The notes beneath the pieces are model-generated. The model made no database searches. It was given only the letters and a program-made list of their open reading frames with translations, and had not been told where the DNA came from. Both the position numbers and the translations under genes were made by a program. DNA of 53,716 nt, the filler included, from Circinaria calcarea (Eukaryota): NCBI GenBank assembly GCA_051942165.1. It is 3 parts of 3 records of this genome, joined end to end, with 100 filler letters (N's around TTAATTAATTAA, not from the genome) between each part and the next. Parts side by side here need not be neighbours in the genome. Positions count along the whole stretch, not along the records: positions 17,971 to 35,794 come from JAVECS010000253.1; positions 35,895 to 53,716 come from JAVECS010000254.1; 1 more part is not named here. The stretch is one strand, 5' to 3'. Shown here in pieces: positions 35,665 to 48,649 of the stretch (positions are counted from its first letter, which is position 1; every line of letters starts with the position of its first letter).

Positions 35665-35794
35665 AAATACGTAATTATTTTTAAAAAGCATCGGAATCAA
35701 CGCTAGCAGTAATGCATAATATTAAGAATTGAATTTAAATTCTAATATTTATTATAATATTATAAAAATTTTTTACGAATAATATAATAATTTT

Positions 35795-35894
35795 NNNNNN
35801 NNNNNNNNNNNNNNNNNNNNNNNNNNNNNNNNNNNNNNTTAATTAATTAANNNNNNNNNNNNNNNNNNNNNNNNNNNNNNNNNNNNNNNNNNNN
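35795..35894. other. Assembly gap / artificial contig linker
   Basis: 44 N + TTAATTAATTAA + 44 N, preceded by very AT-rich sequence. Confidence 0.98.
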
Positions 35895-37774
35895 ACCACA
35901 TATGGGAGGTGATGGTCAGGAAGGAAAGGTACGAGGGATGGCCGGAGTGCGGGTGTGGCCGGCGGTAAAGCAGGTAGAGGGCACTGGCTGAGATCCAGCA
36001 CCTGTCTGTTCGACATGGCGACGATACCGTCTACAAAAGAAGTCTTTTAAGATAAGAGAAAGCGTAGAGCGATCAGAAAGGAAACGATCAAGAATTCAAA
36101 TCTGCGAGGGAGAGTGGTCTTTCTGCTTCCCCCTTTAGAGAACGGCCAGTACGACAGGGAGCGAGAAAGCATCCGTTCGGCATCATGAGCCCTCGAATCT
36201 CTTGCAGTACTCTGTTGCGAGAAGGCAGAAGACTTGTGTAGTTGGCGTAGACCCAGAACTCATTGGGAATGAGACGCGATGATCGAGAATCGGGAATTGC
36301 TACCAGCCACTAGCTTGGGCGCATCGAAGTCCCCCACCTTTTCCCTCCACCCATTGAGTTACAGGCATGCCAGCATGAGTTAGTCAGCCACCAGATGCGT
36401 CTGCGCGGCGTCTGCGCGGGGTACGCATGCTCCAGCTCAGAGGGTACTGCCCTTTCGGTGCCATGTCCGGATGTCGCCGAGACCGGAGGTCTTCAATGCC
36501 ACGGGCGAGGAACAGTCATACTGCAGCTGCAGCGACGGTGCATTTGAGAGCTGGTTTCTTCTGGCGAGGCGCGAGTGCAGTTGGGAAATTGTACTATCAA
36601 TGAACAGGATTGGATCGTTGCTCCCCCTGCCTACACAGGCCCTTCCCTTCCCGTTTGCCAGGCGCGTCTCGTCTTGGGAACCTCACCAGAGGCAGGATCC
36701 CTGTTCACCAACTTGGTGTCTTTGCACTTCAACCTCCGAGCTGTTCCGGCATTGCATGACTCGGTAAGATGGCAAGATGTGCTGGTTGGGCGGTGTTCGT
36801 CTGTCTGGCCTTTCCAGGAATGGGCTGACGTTGGACAATTCCTCCACTGACTGAGCACTAGCGGGACGCTTAATCTTGACAGGGAACTGGGGTAGACTTA
36901 GCCTCCATTAGCGTCGATCTTGCCGAGAGATCTGAGTCCACGGCCCGCTATTTCCTACCAGGTTACTCTATACACCGGGAAACCCTCCCTGTCACTATAT
37001 GGACGAGTTACCGGCGTGGCCCGAGTGGCGCTCATGGCTTCAGATCTGGCTTCCACTAGTACTCTAAGCAGCTGCGGGGCTAATACTTTGTAACACAAAG
37101 TTTTGGGAAAGCGTCAGAGTCCATAATAAAACCGGTTCCAAACCGTATCGTTGATCGGTTCGAGCCGAGAAACCTTCTTTGATTTATTACTACTAGGGCA
37201 TCGCTCGATGAATAATTTCCGATTGCTGGGCGGCGCTATATTCGTCCCCGGCCTACTGGTAACTTTGGCCGAAGTGATCGAGCAAAAGGAGAAATGCAGC
37301 ACTCCAGATAAGGTGCCATTGAGATGTCTTTGAAGTTTCATCCCCGCATCGATTAAAGTTCCAATTATCCTTCATCCTCCTCATGGACAGTAATGATAGA
37401 TGTTTGATGGACTGTGAGTCGGCACATGGGGTATAAACTGCAATAGAAAGCAATTCTAACGGCTTCAAGTCTATTTTAGTGCTACGACAACTCTCGAATA
37501 CAATGCATTCGGAATATAATCAATGCAACCACTATATACAGTATCTACTTAGCTACCCAACACGAATGCACCTGCTGCGAAGATATTCCATCACTTCCGT
37601 AGCGGATTCCGCTCACTCAATATATACCAAGCAATTTTGAGTTTGTATAAGCACCACTTATTCCTGTACCTTTGTCGCCTATTAAAAGGGATATCATGAT
37701 GCTCTCCCCCGACCTTATCCTTACTGGAAGTTCGATCCCGCAGTTCGTTCCGACTCCTGGTTTCCGTGTTTCAC

Positions 37775-39801
37775 CTATTTTGCAAAGAGCCATCCTCCAG
37801 TGAAAAGGAGCTACCACACTTGTCAGCTTTCTGCAATTTCTATACTTTGAACAGCTCTCTGTTATTCCTCGGTGCACAAAAGAAACTGGGAAAGCCTACA
37901 GAAGGGATTGCACCCGAAAAAGCAAAGACTCCCATCGCGATAGCCATGGTCCCCCAACCGTAATGTTCTGACAAGGTCCCTGCGACCACGGGACCAAAGA
38001 GAGTGGCAGCAGCCATCGAGCAATTAAAGAGAGCGAAGCCTTGAGCATAGGCACCACCGGGGCCAAAAATGCCAGGGTCTTCCTTCTCTTTTTCTTCGAC
38101 GACAGCAGAAAGATCCGCTGCTAGGGGTGAAACGATGAGGATCAACGTGCAGCCTAACGACACATATTCAGTTAGCCCCTAAGTGTGAAGCTGGACCAGC
38201 AAAACTAGCAGATGCGCAGATGCCTTTTTTGTCAGGCGTGTACAGACCAAACTTACCGCATAAGAAAAGGAGGCCACATAGAAGCACCTTCTGATCCACG
38301 CTATCGTGATCCACAAGCCGGAGAAGGATTAAAGGAGGCGCAGTTAGTACGCACCCAGCGACGGTAATCCATCTCGGTCCAAATTTATCGGACAGCTTAC
38401 CGACCAATGGACCCGTAAGGGCGGGAATAGCGATACAGAGAAATATCAGACCCGCGGCGAGAGAGTCCCAGTGAAATTTGACCTTGACGAATAAACCAAG
38501 CACACCATCAAAGGCCGCCAGAATAGAGACGTTGACAAAAATACCATAGATGGCAGCAAGGAGACGTGGCGAGGCGAGTAGTGTGATTACTGGAGGGAGT
38601 CTTGTCCGCTTCCTCTGGGGATTATCTCCACGATCTCCAAGGGGGTCGCTGGAATCGTCGTGAAGTTTCTTCTGTCCTGTAGCTTTGCCATTGGAATTGC
38701 CATGATCATCCTGCGAGGGATGATCATTACGGGCCTCCTCATCAGTGAATGTGCCATAGAACCCGTTCTCCGTTACCAGAGCATCCTTCGGTAGATATTT
38801 CGCGGCGGTCTTCTTCTCAATCATAAACATTCGCATCAAGATGTCAACCACAATCAGTCCCATGGCCATACCAAAAACTGCCATGTATCCGGCTTTTGCG
38901 TACACAATGCCTCCTAGTAGAGGGGATGTTATTAGGCCAAAGCTAGAGCTTGACAAAGCTGTACCCATCCATTGGCCGATGCTGTCTCGACCAACAGTGT
39001 CTACCAGCAACGCCAGTCCCACCGTATACACAATGGCCGCAGAGAGACCTTGAAGAAGTCGACTAACAACTAGGACCCAGCCCGCTTTTGCAAATCCAAA
39101 AAGTAACGTTGCAGCTGCGAGAATGAATAGGCCTGCAAAATACATCACAGATCTGTTTTTGGAGTGATCTGCGATCCAGCCGCATATAGCTAATGCATCC
39201 CATCAGTGGATGCTAAACGGTAGAGGGTTAGCTGGCGAACCGGAGACTCACGAGATCCAACGAGAATAGCAGCGCCAAAGACAGCAAAGATGAAAGAGGT
39301 CCACCACTGTACTGGACAGTCATGAGCGTTGAGCAGAGAAGAACTTTTGATTCAGGCATACCATCTTCCTCTGGAACACCTGATCGTTCTCGCAAACTGA
39401 ATGGAAGGACCGGCACGACCTAGGAATGTATAAGTACCATCGAGTATGACTATAATCCCCCCTCAAAGAATGTTCGGCTGAGTAGTCTGAGGGCCGAGAA
39501 ATCCCCAGAGAGCGATAGGAAGGATATATAAGGGTATATGCTAGGCGTTGTGTTTGGGAAGTTGCCTTGAATGAAATGGTCTGGATTCAGATGAAAGCCT
39601 CCACTTACCACGCCATAGAGAAAAGCATCCTGTGAACGAAAGTTAGCGTTGGGATAAGGGAAAGCTGTTTCATGCCAGAAGACTTACTGTGAAAATAGCT
39701 ACGCATACGGTGGCGAGGATAAAGCCGTTGGAGGATCTGAACTCCAAAAGCCAAGGTTTTCTGGGCGCTTCCCCGTCTCCTCTTTCAGCATCGTGAACCA
39801 T
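37775..39801 (-). CDS. MFS transporter (vesicular amine transporter-like)
   Basis: MVHDAERG..WLLEFRSSNGFILATVCVAIFT, DAFLYG, VPVLPFSL, GWIADH, SRLLQGLSAAIV, GKLSDKFGPR, GAYAQGFALFN; several introns; last exon LLFTGGWLFAK* ends at 37775. Confidence 0.9.
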
Positions 39802-42236
39802 TCTTGCAAAAGCCGGACAAGATCCTCTGGTGGAGGTGTTTCTGGGTACAAATGAGACGGTACAAACGAGAGAGAAGTAAAGAATGACTGTTGGCAAGTT
39901 GGTGAGAAAATGTCAGCGAGGGGAGCGGGTACCAAGCGCGAAGAGATAAGCGGAACACAATCCAACCAGTAGGCAACGTAATCTGCACCGTAATTTCCCC
40001 TCTTTGTAAAAGCTAGTCGAGCTGGAGAGCATGGCTTGGGTTACTACGGCCCCGAATCAAGTCAAGGCCGGTACTACTGGTCGTGCTAAAAGAGCCTTTC
40101 GGCCTATAGAGGAGAGCCGATCCGCCAGAAGAGCAAACTGAGCCATAAGACCGAAGCAAAAGGCATAGGCAAGCATGAGATATTATTACAACTTGCCCAA
40201 AGAAACAAAACTGAAAAAGAAGCAATTTCGTTCATCGTGGTTCCAATGTTTCTATGACCATTCCAATCATCTTGCGTGCCAGCCAGGAAGATAGAAGGGT
40301 TTGGCTAAGAATACCACCTCAGATGGATACGAGATCGATGTGAGCTGAGAGGACGATGGCCAGGTCCTTAGCTAAGCTGGGCGACTAACGCACCAACCCC
40401 ACCGCTGCAATCCACGTAATCTTTGAAGAGCTTCATTGGAGGTGTGTATGCTGCCGTCCGGCAAAAGCGCTTCCGCAAGCACAAGTGATTGTGAAGATGA
40501 CGTCCGGATCTGCCCCGCTGATTGGTTGGCCGGTCAATTGGGTTGGAAATTTTCAAAAGCAGCCGGAGGGGTCCGCTGCTCGGATTGGCAAGCCATCATC
40601 GACGCCAGAATGAACCAGCATGCGTCTCGCATCTCTGGTGGAGATGCCCATGTCCAAGTGGTGTTGGAGGAGTAGAGCGAGCATCTGCGAAAGTAGGTGC
40701 ATATCTGGACTTGTCGTTGGCGTACAGAGTAGATGGTTCCCCGCTACCGTAGTGTGGGCATTCTCGCCCGAGAGCCGAGTCTTACGCTACTGCATTCCCA
40801 AGTATTAAATAGCCGTACTCCGTAAAGTAACCGCCACATAACGGCGTGAGTCGTAGCTCCATAAATTAGGCTAACTGCTGTAGGGATTTCCAGTTCTCGA
40901 AATATACAGTAATCAGGTTTGCACTGCTAATCTAGAGCAATGTCTCTACGAAAGTAGTACACGGGCAACGATATGATAAAGGGTAATACCTATTGAAATC
41001 CAGAACGGTGGTAATCAATATTATTACGAAATGGTCGGTTCTGTAAACTATCAACTCTGTTATCTTGATACCATAGCTTGGATATTCCTCTGTGCATCAT
41101 ATTGAGCATACTGTGTAGGCGAATTTGGTTTCGGAATAAAGCGGAGCTTCCATAGCCATACCCTTTATCTAGGTATATCCTCATCTCGGTAGAGATTAAG
41201 CGAGGTGTGATAATTACATAGTACACGGGTTTGCATGTGGTAGATCGGCCAAGCGTCCTTGGTGCGCTTTAATGCGAGTACATGTTCGCCGCTACTCCCG
41301 ATTGGGCATAGTCTCCAATCATCCTATCTTTTAATGTCCGACGTCAAAATATATTCATGATTCTCCTTATTTCTGCATGATTCATAGCAGATACGACCTA
41401 CGATACAGCCCGTCCCAGATCTAATCTGATGGCTGTCTCCACCAAAGCAACACGCTCAGCTGCCAAGGTTAGACCGCTAAGGTCAAGCCGCTACCGAGGA
41501 CATGAGCCGACATCGCTAGGCCCTCCTGTCGTATCCACCGTGCATTTACGCCGAAGATGTCCACCCGGCAAACTGGCTTTCCGCTGGCCTCTTCCGTCGA
41601 ACTAGAACGCTGTATTGAGAGGATCTTCTCTCAAACACGGCATTGTGCTCTGCAGCTATTGCAGTGGGCTTATGTTTCGTGTCTCGTGGCAAGAAAATCG
41701 CTTCACGCGAGTGGGTTTTTGGCGGAAATACCTCTATTCACCTAGGTATGCCTTCGCAAGACCGGTCTCACCACCGCTTTCAAGCCAGGTCTCGAAATGT
41801 GGAAAAGTGAATCTTAGTTGAGGTTTGGCGCCTCGGTGGACCTGCATGCAGTCTAGGATATCCGAATTGACGGTGAGGTTTCTCCTAGAGCCTATCCATG
41901 GCGCATACGAAGGCAGACTATGCAGCATTACAGCAGTGCAGCATGGATCATCAGTGTTCACTCCAGGCTTAAGGTTTTTCAATGCAGCAGTGGCTTTCAT
42001 TAAATGCCATATCCAGCTAAACGAAACCATTGATCTGGATGTTGCTCTTCGGGAGGCAAAAACCATGGTTTTATATATTTACTAGCTGGCGGAAGATGGA
42101 ATTGACAAAGGGAACCGTTACTAGGAGTATTTACACCCCACGCATAAACAGCCATCTTCATCTATCTTATCTTTAAAAAGCTCAAGAACCTGCTAAGAAA
42201 GCCATTTCAAAGGACTTTGTTTCAAGATAAATCAGA

Positions 42237-45200
42237 ATGACGAGCCCTTGTGCTCTAGACGGCGAGCAGCTCAATGGTAAGATTAGCCCCTCCGAGCACC
42301 GAGCTCCTCATTTCTCCAAAGGGCAAGAGACGAGAGGGTTGGGAGACCTGCAGCCCTGTTTATTTCCTGACCTAGATTCCACATCCTCCAGCAATGGACG
42401 GTGGCAATCAACCGAAGTCCCATTTAGAGATATTGCTCGATTGAATTCTTTTGGCAAAGAGCATAGAGTGTCTTCTCTCGCTGTTCTACAATTGGCTTGG
42501 GCGTTGGTACTTCGGAGCTATGTGGGAGGCGAGTCTGTTTGCTTCGGCTGCAACATGTCAAGTGAAGAGACTGTCATGAGCGGCTTAAGCGATACCTGCG
42601 ATTCTCCTATTGGCTATTTTCCCTGTCATGTGGAATTCGGCGAATCAAGTTCTCTGCTTGGAGCACTGCGAAGAATGCAAGCGAATTCCTCAAAATCTCA
42701 AATCCAACAGCCTGCACCTCTACTCGTCGACGCCATTGTCAAAGCTAAACCACGAGATACTCGGCTATTTGACACGGCAGTTTTATACCTCGAATCTAAG
42801 CAGCAGAATCACTTCACTGCTAGCAAATCGGTCATGCAAAAGGGAGCTGTGCAAGGTTTGGGCAAAGTGAGTGATAAGCATGTCTCCGAATGCTTGTTTA
42901 TAAGCAAGCCTCGGTTTAAGATTCCAACTCTAATGTATCGACTAGTACAATATTCTGGTTAATATCACCGTCCATGACTACGGCACTATCATCACCTTGA
43001 ACTATATCGATTCGAAATTGTCCGTCGTTTCGGCTGCTAATGTAGCTTGTACCCTTGGTAAAGCCGTTGATGACATTCTGTCCAGTCACTATGAGCTTCT
43101 CAGTGATCTTGACTTGTTTACTCAACGCGACTTTGAGCAAATTCGGAGATGGAATGCTTCTGTCCCAGACAAGATCGATTCTTGTGTGCACGATCTCCTT
43201 TTAGAACATGCTAAGAAATCCCCCAACTCTCCAGCCGTGTCTTCCTGGGATGGTGATTTAACTTACGATCAACTCGACAAGATATCGATGCGACTAGCGT
43301 GCCATTTCGTCAATAGCGGCATTGGACAAGAGATCCTTGTTCCCGTCTGCTTCAAGAAATCCATGTATACGATTATAGCCATGGTCGCCATTTTAAGAGC
43401 CGGTGGCGCATTCATTCCTTTGGATCCATCGCACCCAAAGGATCGCCTAAGGGCAATAATCCAAAAAGCGAACGCCAAAATCATAGTTGCATCACCAGAT
43501 ACAGCTTGTCTGTTCGAGGACACCTCTGCTATCATTATCAATGTGTCTCCTTCTCTCCTAGAATCTATACCAGCATCTATCATTTTCCCACTTCCTTGCG
43601 TACGACCACACAATGCCGCTTTTGTTCTATTCACCTCTGGAAGCACTGGGAAGCCGAAGGGAATTGTTCAAGAACATGCATCTGTATGTACAGGCGCACT
43701 TGCCCATGGTCGAGCCTTGCATGTTGATTCGAGTTCTCGTGTGCTGCAATACGCTGCGTACACTTTTGATGTTAGCATGATGGACATTTTCACTACGCTG
43801 ATTTATGGTGGATGTGTATGTACGCCCTCAGAAGAGGATCGGACAAGTAATATTACCCAGGTCATGAACACAATGCGTATCAACTACGTTTTATTTACCC
43901 CTTCCGTTGCCAGTCTAATTACACCTGAAGATGTCCCTGAACTGCAAACACTTGCTCTTGGGGGTGAGGCTGTTACTAAAGAGAATATTCACCGCTGGGC
44001 GGGCAAAGTGCGACTTCTTAACTGCTATGGACCAGCTGAGTGTGGAGCCTGTTCAATAGGTGAGATAAAAGGAACTGATCCTCGGCCCGGGACAATTGGG
44101 CGAGCATTTGGCTGTGGACTGTGTTGGGTCGCGGATTCAATCGATCATAACCGACTTGTTCCTATTGGTGCAGTAGGTGAGCTCCTTGTGGAAGGACCGA
44201 CATTGGCTCGGGGCTACCTTGATGATATAAACAAGACAAAAGCGGTCTTTATCAAGAATCCTACATGGCTACTCGACATTGGGCCTAGTAGACCACGGCG
44301 TATCTACAAAACCGGAGATCTTGTTCGCCAGAATTCAGACGGATCTATTGATTTCGTGGGGCGCAAAGACCTTCAATTCAAGATACGAGGTCAACGAGTT
44401 GAACTAGGAGAGGTTGAACATTGCCTTTCGATGTATCCTAATATTGCTCTCTCGATGGCTGCAAGTCCGTTATCCGGACCCTATTCGAAGAGCCTCGTGG
44501 GTGTCGTCCAGCTGCACCATGATACTCTACAATTGAATCCCGGATCTACAACAATCTCTTTGCTCTCTAGGAAACAGCTTGAAGTTGCCGGATTTACCAA
44601 AGCCGATCTCTCCCTTTATATGGAAAACAAGTTACCCAAGTATATGGTCCCGGACCATTGGCTCGTTGTGGAAAAGCTCCCTCTTTCGGTGTCAGGCAAA
44701 ATCGATAGAAAGCTTGTTGATACTTGGCTTATGAGCGCTGATCGCGATTCGGAGTCTTCTGTGACAGACCTTGGTTGTAAAGATCAACAGATTACCGAGA
44801 ACGAATCTATCGCACTGGAGGTTTGTGCTGAGATTGCTTCCATGGTTGCTAAGGGAGACAAGAAACTTTACTCTGCACTCTACGGTCACGATCTCTTACT
44901 GTCCGAGGCGGGTCTGGATTCCATTCAGCTTATCAGTTTGTCAATGTTTGTTCGGCGCCGTTACAAAATCAGAATTCACCTTGACAGCCTAGTCCATCCT
45001 GCAGCAACTGTCCGAAGCGTGGCGAATTGTATCGAAGGACTTCACGCCACAGGACACGAACACGTCGCCGAGTTTAAACTCGACATCTGGAAAGAGTTTC
45101 AGAATTACCAACAAGAGACTCTTAACAATTATTCGAGCAAAGGAGCGATGCCTCGAAATGTATTTGTGACTGGTGCAACAGGCTTTTTGGGTACTCAGAT

Positions 45201-46314
45201 CGTCTCCAAGCTCTGTGTTCAAAATGATGTGAGAAAGATAGTTGTACATGTCCGAGCTGACAGTGTCGAGCACGGCCTACAGCGCGTGATCAAGTCAGCG
45301 GCCTTGGCAGGATGGTGGTCAGACTTTTACCTCCAGAAACTGGAGATCTGGATTGGAGACCTTGCACGACCAAGATTGGGCCTAACCACCGACCAGTGGG
45401 ACCGTCTCTCCGGAAAAGGGCCTCTCGTTGACCGTGTTACAGCCATTATTCATAACGGTGCAGCGGTTCGTTGGAATGCCGATTTCTCAACTTTGAAGGC
45501 CGCGAACGTCGATTCCACTGTGGAACTCCTGAAAGCGACCTCTGAGTCTTCGTCAATCTCAAAACTCGTTTACGTCTCTGGAGGACAACAACTGAGCGTA
45601 GAGGAGGACAACGACCAGAAAATTGCCGAAGAAGTCGTTCAGTCTAATGGCTATGCTCAGACTAAGTTTCTTTCGGAAATGCTTGTCAAGGACTTCTCGC
45701 GATGCAGCACCCGAAACTCGCAGCGAGTATCGATTGTTAAACCTGGCTACATTATCGGAAGTGTACAAGAAGGGATCGCAAGCGTGGACGACTTCATTTG
45801 GAGACTAACTGCCAGTTCTATTGACATCAAAGGATACAATGCTGTTGATGCAGATTCTTGGCTCTTTATCTCCGACGTGGGTCGTGTTGCTGCAACTATC
45901 GTGGGTTGCTGCGATGTGAAGCCCAATTCCTCTATCGTTAAGATTTTAGACGGAGTTACCGTGGGGGAGTTTTGGGATGTGCTGAGGGATGAGCTTGGAT
46001 ACGAGCTATCCCCCCTTAGCCAACCATCTTGGATGCATGCAATCCAAAAAGAGATCGAAGCCAAGAGGGAGGCTCACCCCCTTTGGCCACTTGTTCATAC
46101 GGTCGAGAAGGATCAAGGTAAACTCGGATCATTGCAAGGTCCTCCCGGCGTCGTTGCCGTGGACAAATCACGGGTGAAAGCCGCCATCAAGAAAAATGTG
46201 GAATTCTTAAGCGGAATCGGATTCTTGCCCAAGCCGGATGGGGAGAAGACAGTGTTGAGTGGCCACGACGGCTTCGCTTTTAGCCGGTCACCGCAAGTGT
46301 TCGTTGCGGCTTAG
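42237..46314 (+). CDS. NRPS-like enzyme, (partial C)-A-T-R, about 1332 aa
   Basis: Exon 42237-42866 (LQLAWALVLRSY..VCFG, C-domain remnant), intron 42867-42945, exon 42946-46314. A-domain motifs FTSGSTGKPKG, YGPAE, YKTGDL, KIRGQRVELGE and SGKIDRK; T domain GLDSI; SDR-type reductase VTGATGFLG and YAQTK. Confidence 0.93.
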
Positions 46315-48649
46315 GATAGAAGCGTCTACAGGCAGTCTTGATAAATGATTGTGTAAAAGTGGTAGGAGGTTGAAGGCCTTTTTCTATGGAGCTTTAGCTG
46401 GCGCATGGGTTGCCTGCCTTGTGTATTGCGCTTTAAGTTCAAGTTGCCCGTTGAAAGTATACATACAGCCGTTATCTGTGGCTGCTTTCCCAAGCTCTTC
46501 TTCCAACCGGCTACAGCAAGATGACTGGCTCCCAACCACTTGCGGTCTCCTTTCGTCCTGAACATATAAGCCGCTCATACTTAGCCTCCAGCATGACGAG
46601 GTGGTCTGGTAGGAAATTGAGCAGATAGGCCCTCTATCCAAACTCCACAGTCTTCCACTCGATAGCTATACTACCATGTTGATACGCGACCAGGAATTTC
46701 AATTTAGTCGCCGAGCAGGCATTTGCCTCATAATTACGATTGGGCAATTAAAACCTTTTTGCTTTTGGTTTCTTGGTTTCTTGGTTTCTTGGTTTCAATT
46801 CGATGCATGTAAGCATTCTCGTTTGGCATCGCATCACATCATGCATCCGGCCGCGCTCCTTTGTACTTTGTAATTCGAGTTGGTGCATCACACGGATGGT
46901 GCCACGAAATTTCCATTGGTGCGTGTCGTCGTGCATTGCACATTACCCGGTACATTACCCGGCCTGTTGATCGCGTCTTCCGGCATCTTATCGGAGTCCA
47001 ATAGAACCCCCCAGTAGTATTCCCGATCAAAACCAGAAGTTCTAGACCTACTTTATGCCGGCTATCTGCAAACGCTGGACTCGAGAGAGGACACGCGTGA
47101 AGAAAGGTAATGAACATATCAGGGTGTATGCAAAGGAAGTCGATTTCAGCCCATGCAAGCACCGTCATTTTCTCCTCATCTCCGCATCACGACGGGGTAG
47201 ACGCCCGGTTGAATTGCCTACGGAGTACTGTTGCTTGGACCACCTAAAAATCTCCGCTGGCAGTGCTGTCCACCCGTAGGCTAAGGGTTCGAATGAGAAA
47301 TGAAGTCCTGCCCGGTGAATCCTCGCACAGCAGGACCGCCGCAGTGGCATAGATTCGAATCACAGGATTGGTGATTTCAAGGAGCCCCAACTCCCGAATC
47401 AGAGACCGTAGCTCCAAGCGTTTCAATTCACATGGCTAAACAAGCCAGTATCGGCATATCAGATATCCACCCTATAGCTTCGGGTTCCTTCACGTCGTTG
47501 GAGTTGTCCCCCGGGCTTGTCAAAACATGCATGGCGCTCCATCGAGCCTCTGATATCAATCCTCGCACATTAACTTTCCCGCCCGCGGCGGACTCCCTAT
47601 GGTATTCCCTCGCCATTAATTCCAATCCCGTGATAAGTTTTTTCTGCTCTACTTTCTCGACCCTGTGTCCGAGCACCGGGAAAGTCGGCCAAGGTTGTCA
47701 CAGATACATTATAGTTAGGTCGTAATCCCGGACACAAAGGGTTGTTCTCGTATGGCTACTCGTAGGTGAAGGGGTTGAGATAGGAACGGGTGCTGGTGGC
47801 ATTTATCTCCAGGTCTAATATGGGGACAGAGCGGGTAACAAAAGAGTGAACGTCCTGCTGTTCACATGCACCGTTGTGCTTGCGGAGCCAAACAAGAGAA
47901 CCGGGCTGGCCAGAATGGGACGAGAGAAGGAAGGAGGCTGTGATTGGTTCCTGCTGGCTTATCTCCCGGGGAAAAGGTGAAATTGGCGACTAGGAAGAAA
48001 GGTTAGATATCTCCATTTGCATGAGTATGATTGATGTCGAGACTAGTAGTGATGACTTCTGCAATTGATCAGTTCTCACTCGAGTAATTGCAGGGTAAAG
48101 GCGGCTCATTGCCCATATATGGAATAGATGAAATCCCAAAGGGCCGTGTAAAGTAATTTCCCCAGGTCCGTTATAGCTCGATGGGAACACAAGTGTGGTA
48201 TAGAATACCATACCGCGTAACGAAACACATGCAAGGGTTACTGGGCTTCCGAGCAGACAGCACTGGTGATAGTCGTAGTAAGATTGATAAGGAGACTGCT
48301 TGATATCAAGTCCAAAGCACCTTGACTCTCGTGAACATATATAGCCAGTGTGCTCTCTCAGCTGATGTATGTATGTTCGAGTTTGTTTGTCTGGTCTGGT
48401 GGCTACGCGATCGCTTTCCATGTTGCATCCATCCCCGACATTGCGTCTCTCGCATTTCTCATCTGCACGCATCCCCGCATGAAATTCCTTAGCAAACCAA
48501 CCCAAGACGGCGAAATCCGACCATCCCCGCAGTCATGATGGGGCTTGCAGATCGGGGGGGTAGGCTGCATAGAATTACTTGCTCACTAGAGTATCCAGTT
48601 AGCTTTAGCTTCGGGCTGGCTGAACGGAGACCGTCACGGTCGAGTCCAG

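Noticed and set aside
35895..37500. Possible pseudogene or regulator after the second gap
   Set aside because: No Zn-cluster or other motif found; frames are broken and unassignable.
46764..46962. Short tandem repeats (TTGGTTTC x4, CATTACCCGG x2); microsatellites also at 51.4-51.9 kb
   Set aside because: Ordinary slippage repeats with no further structure.
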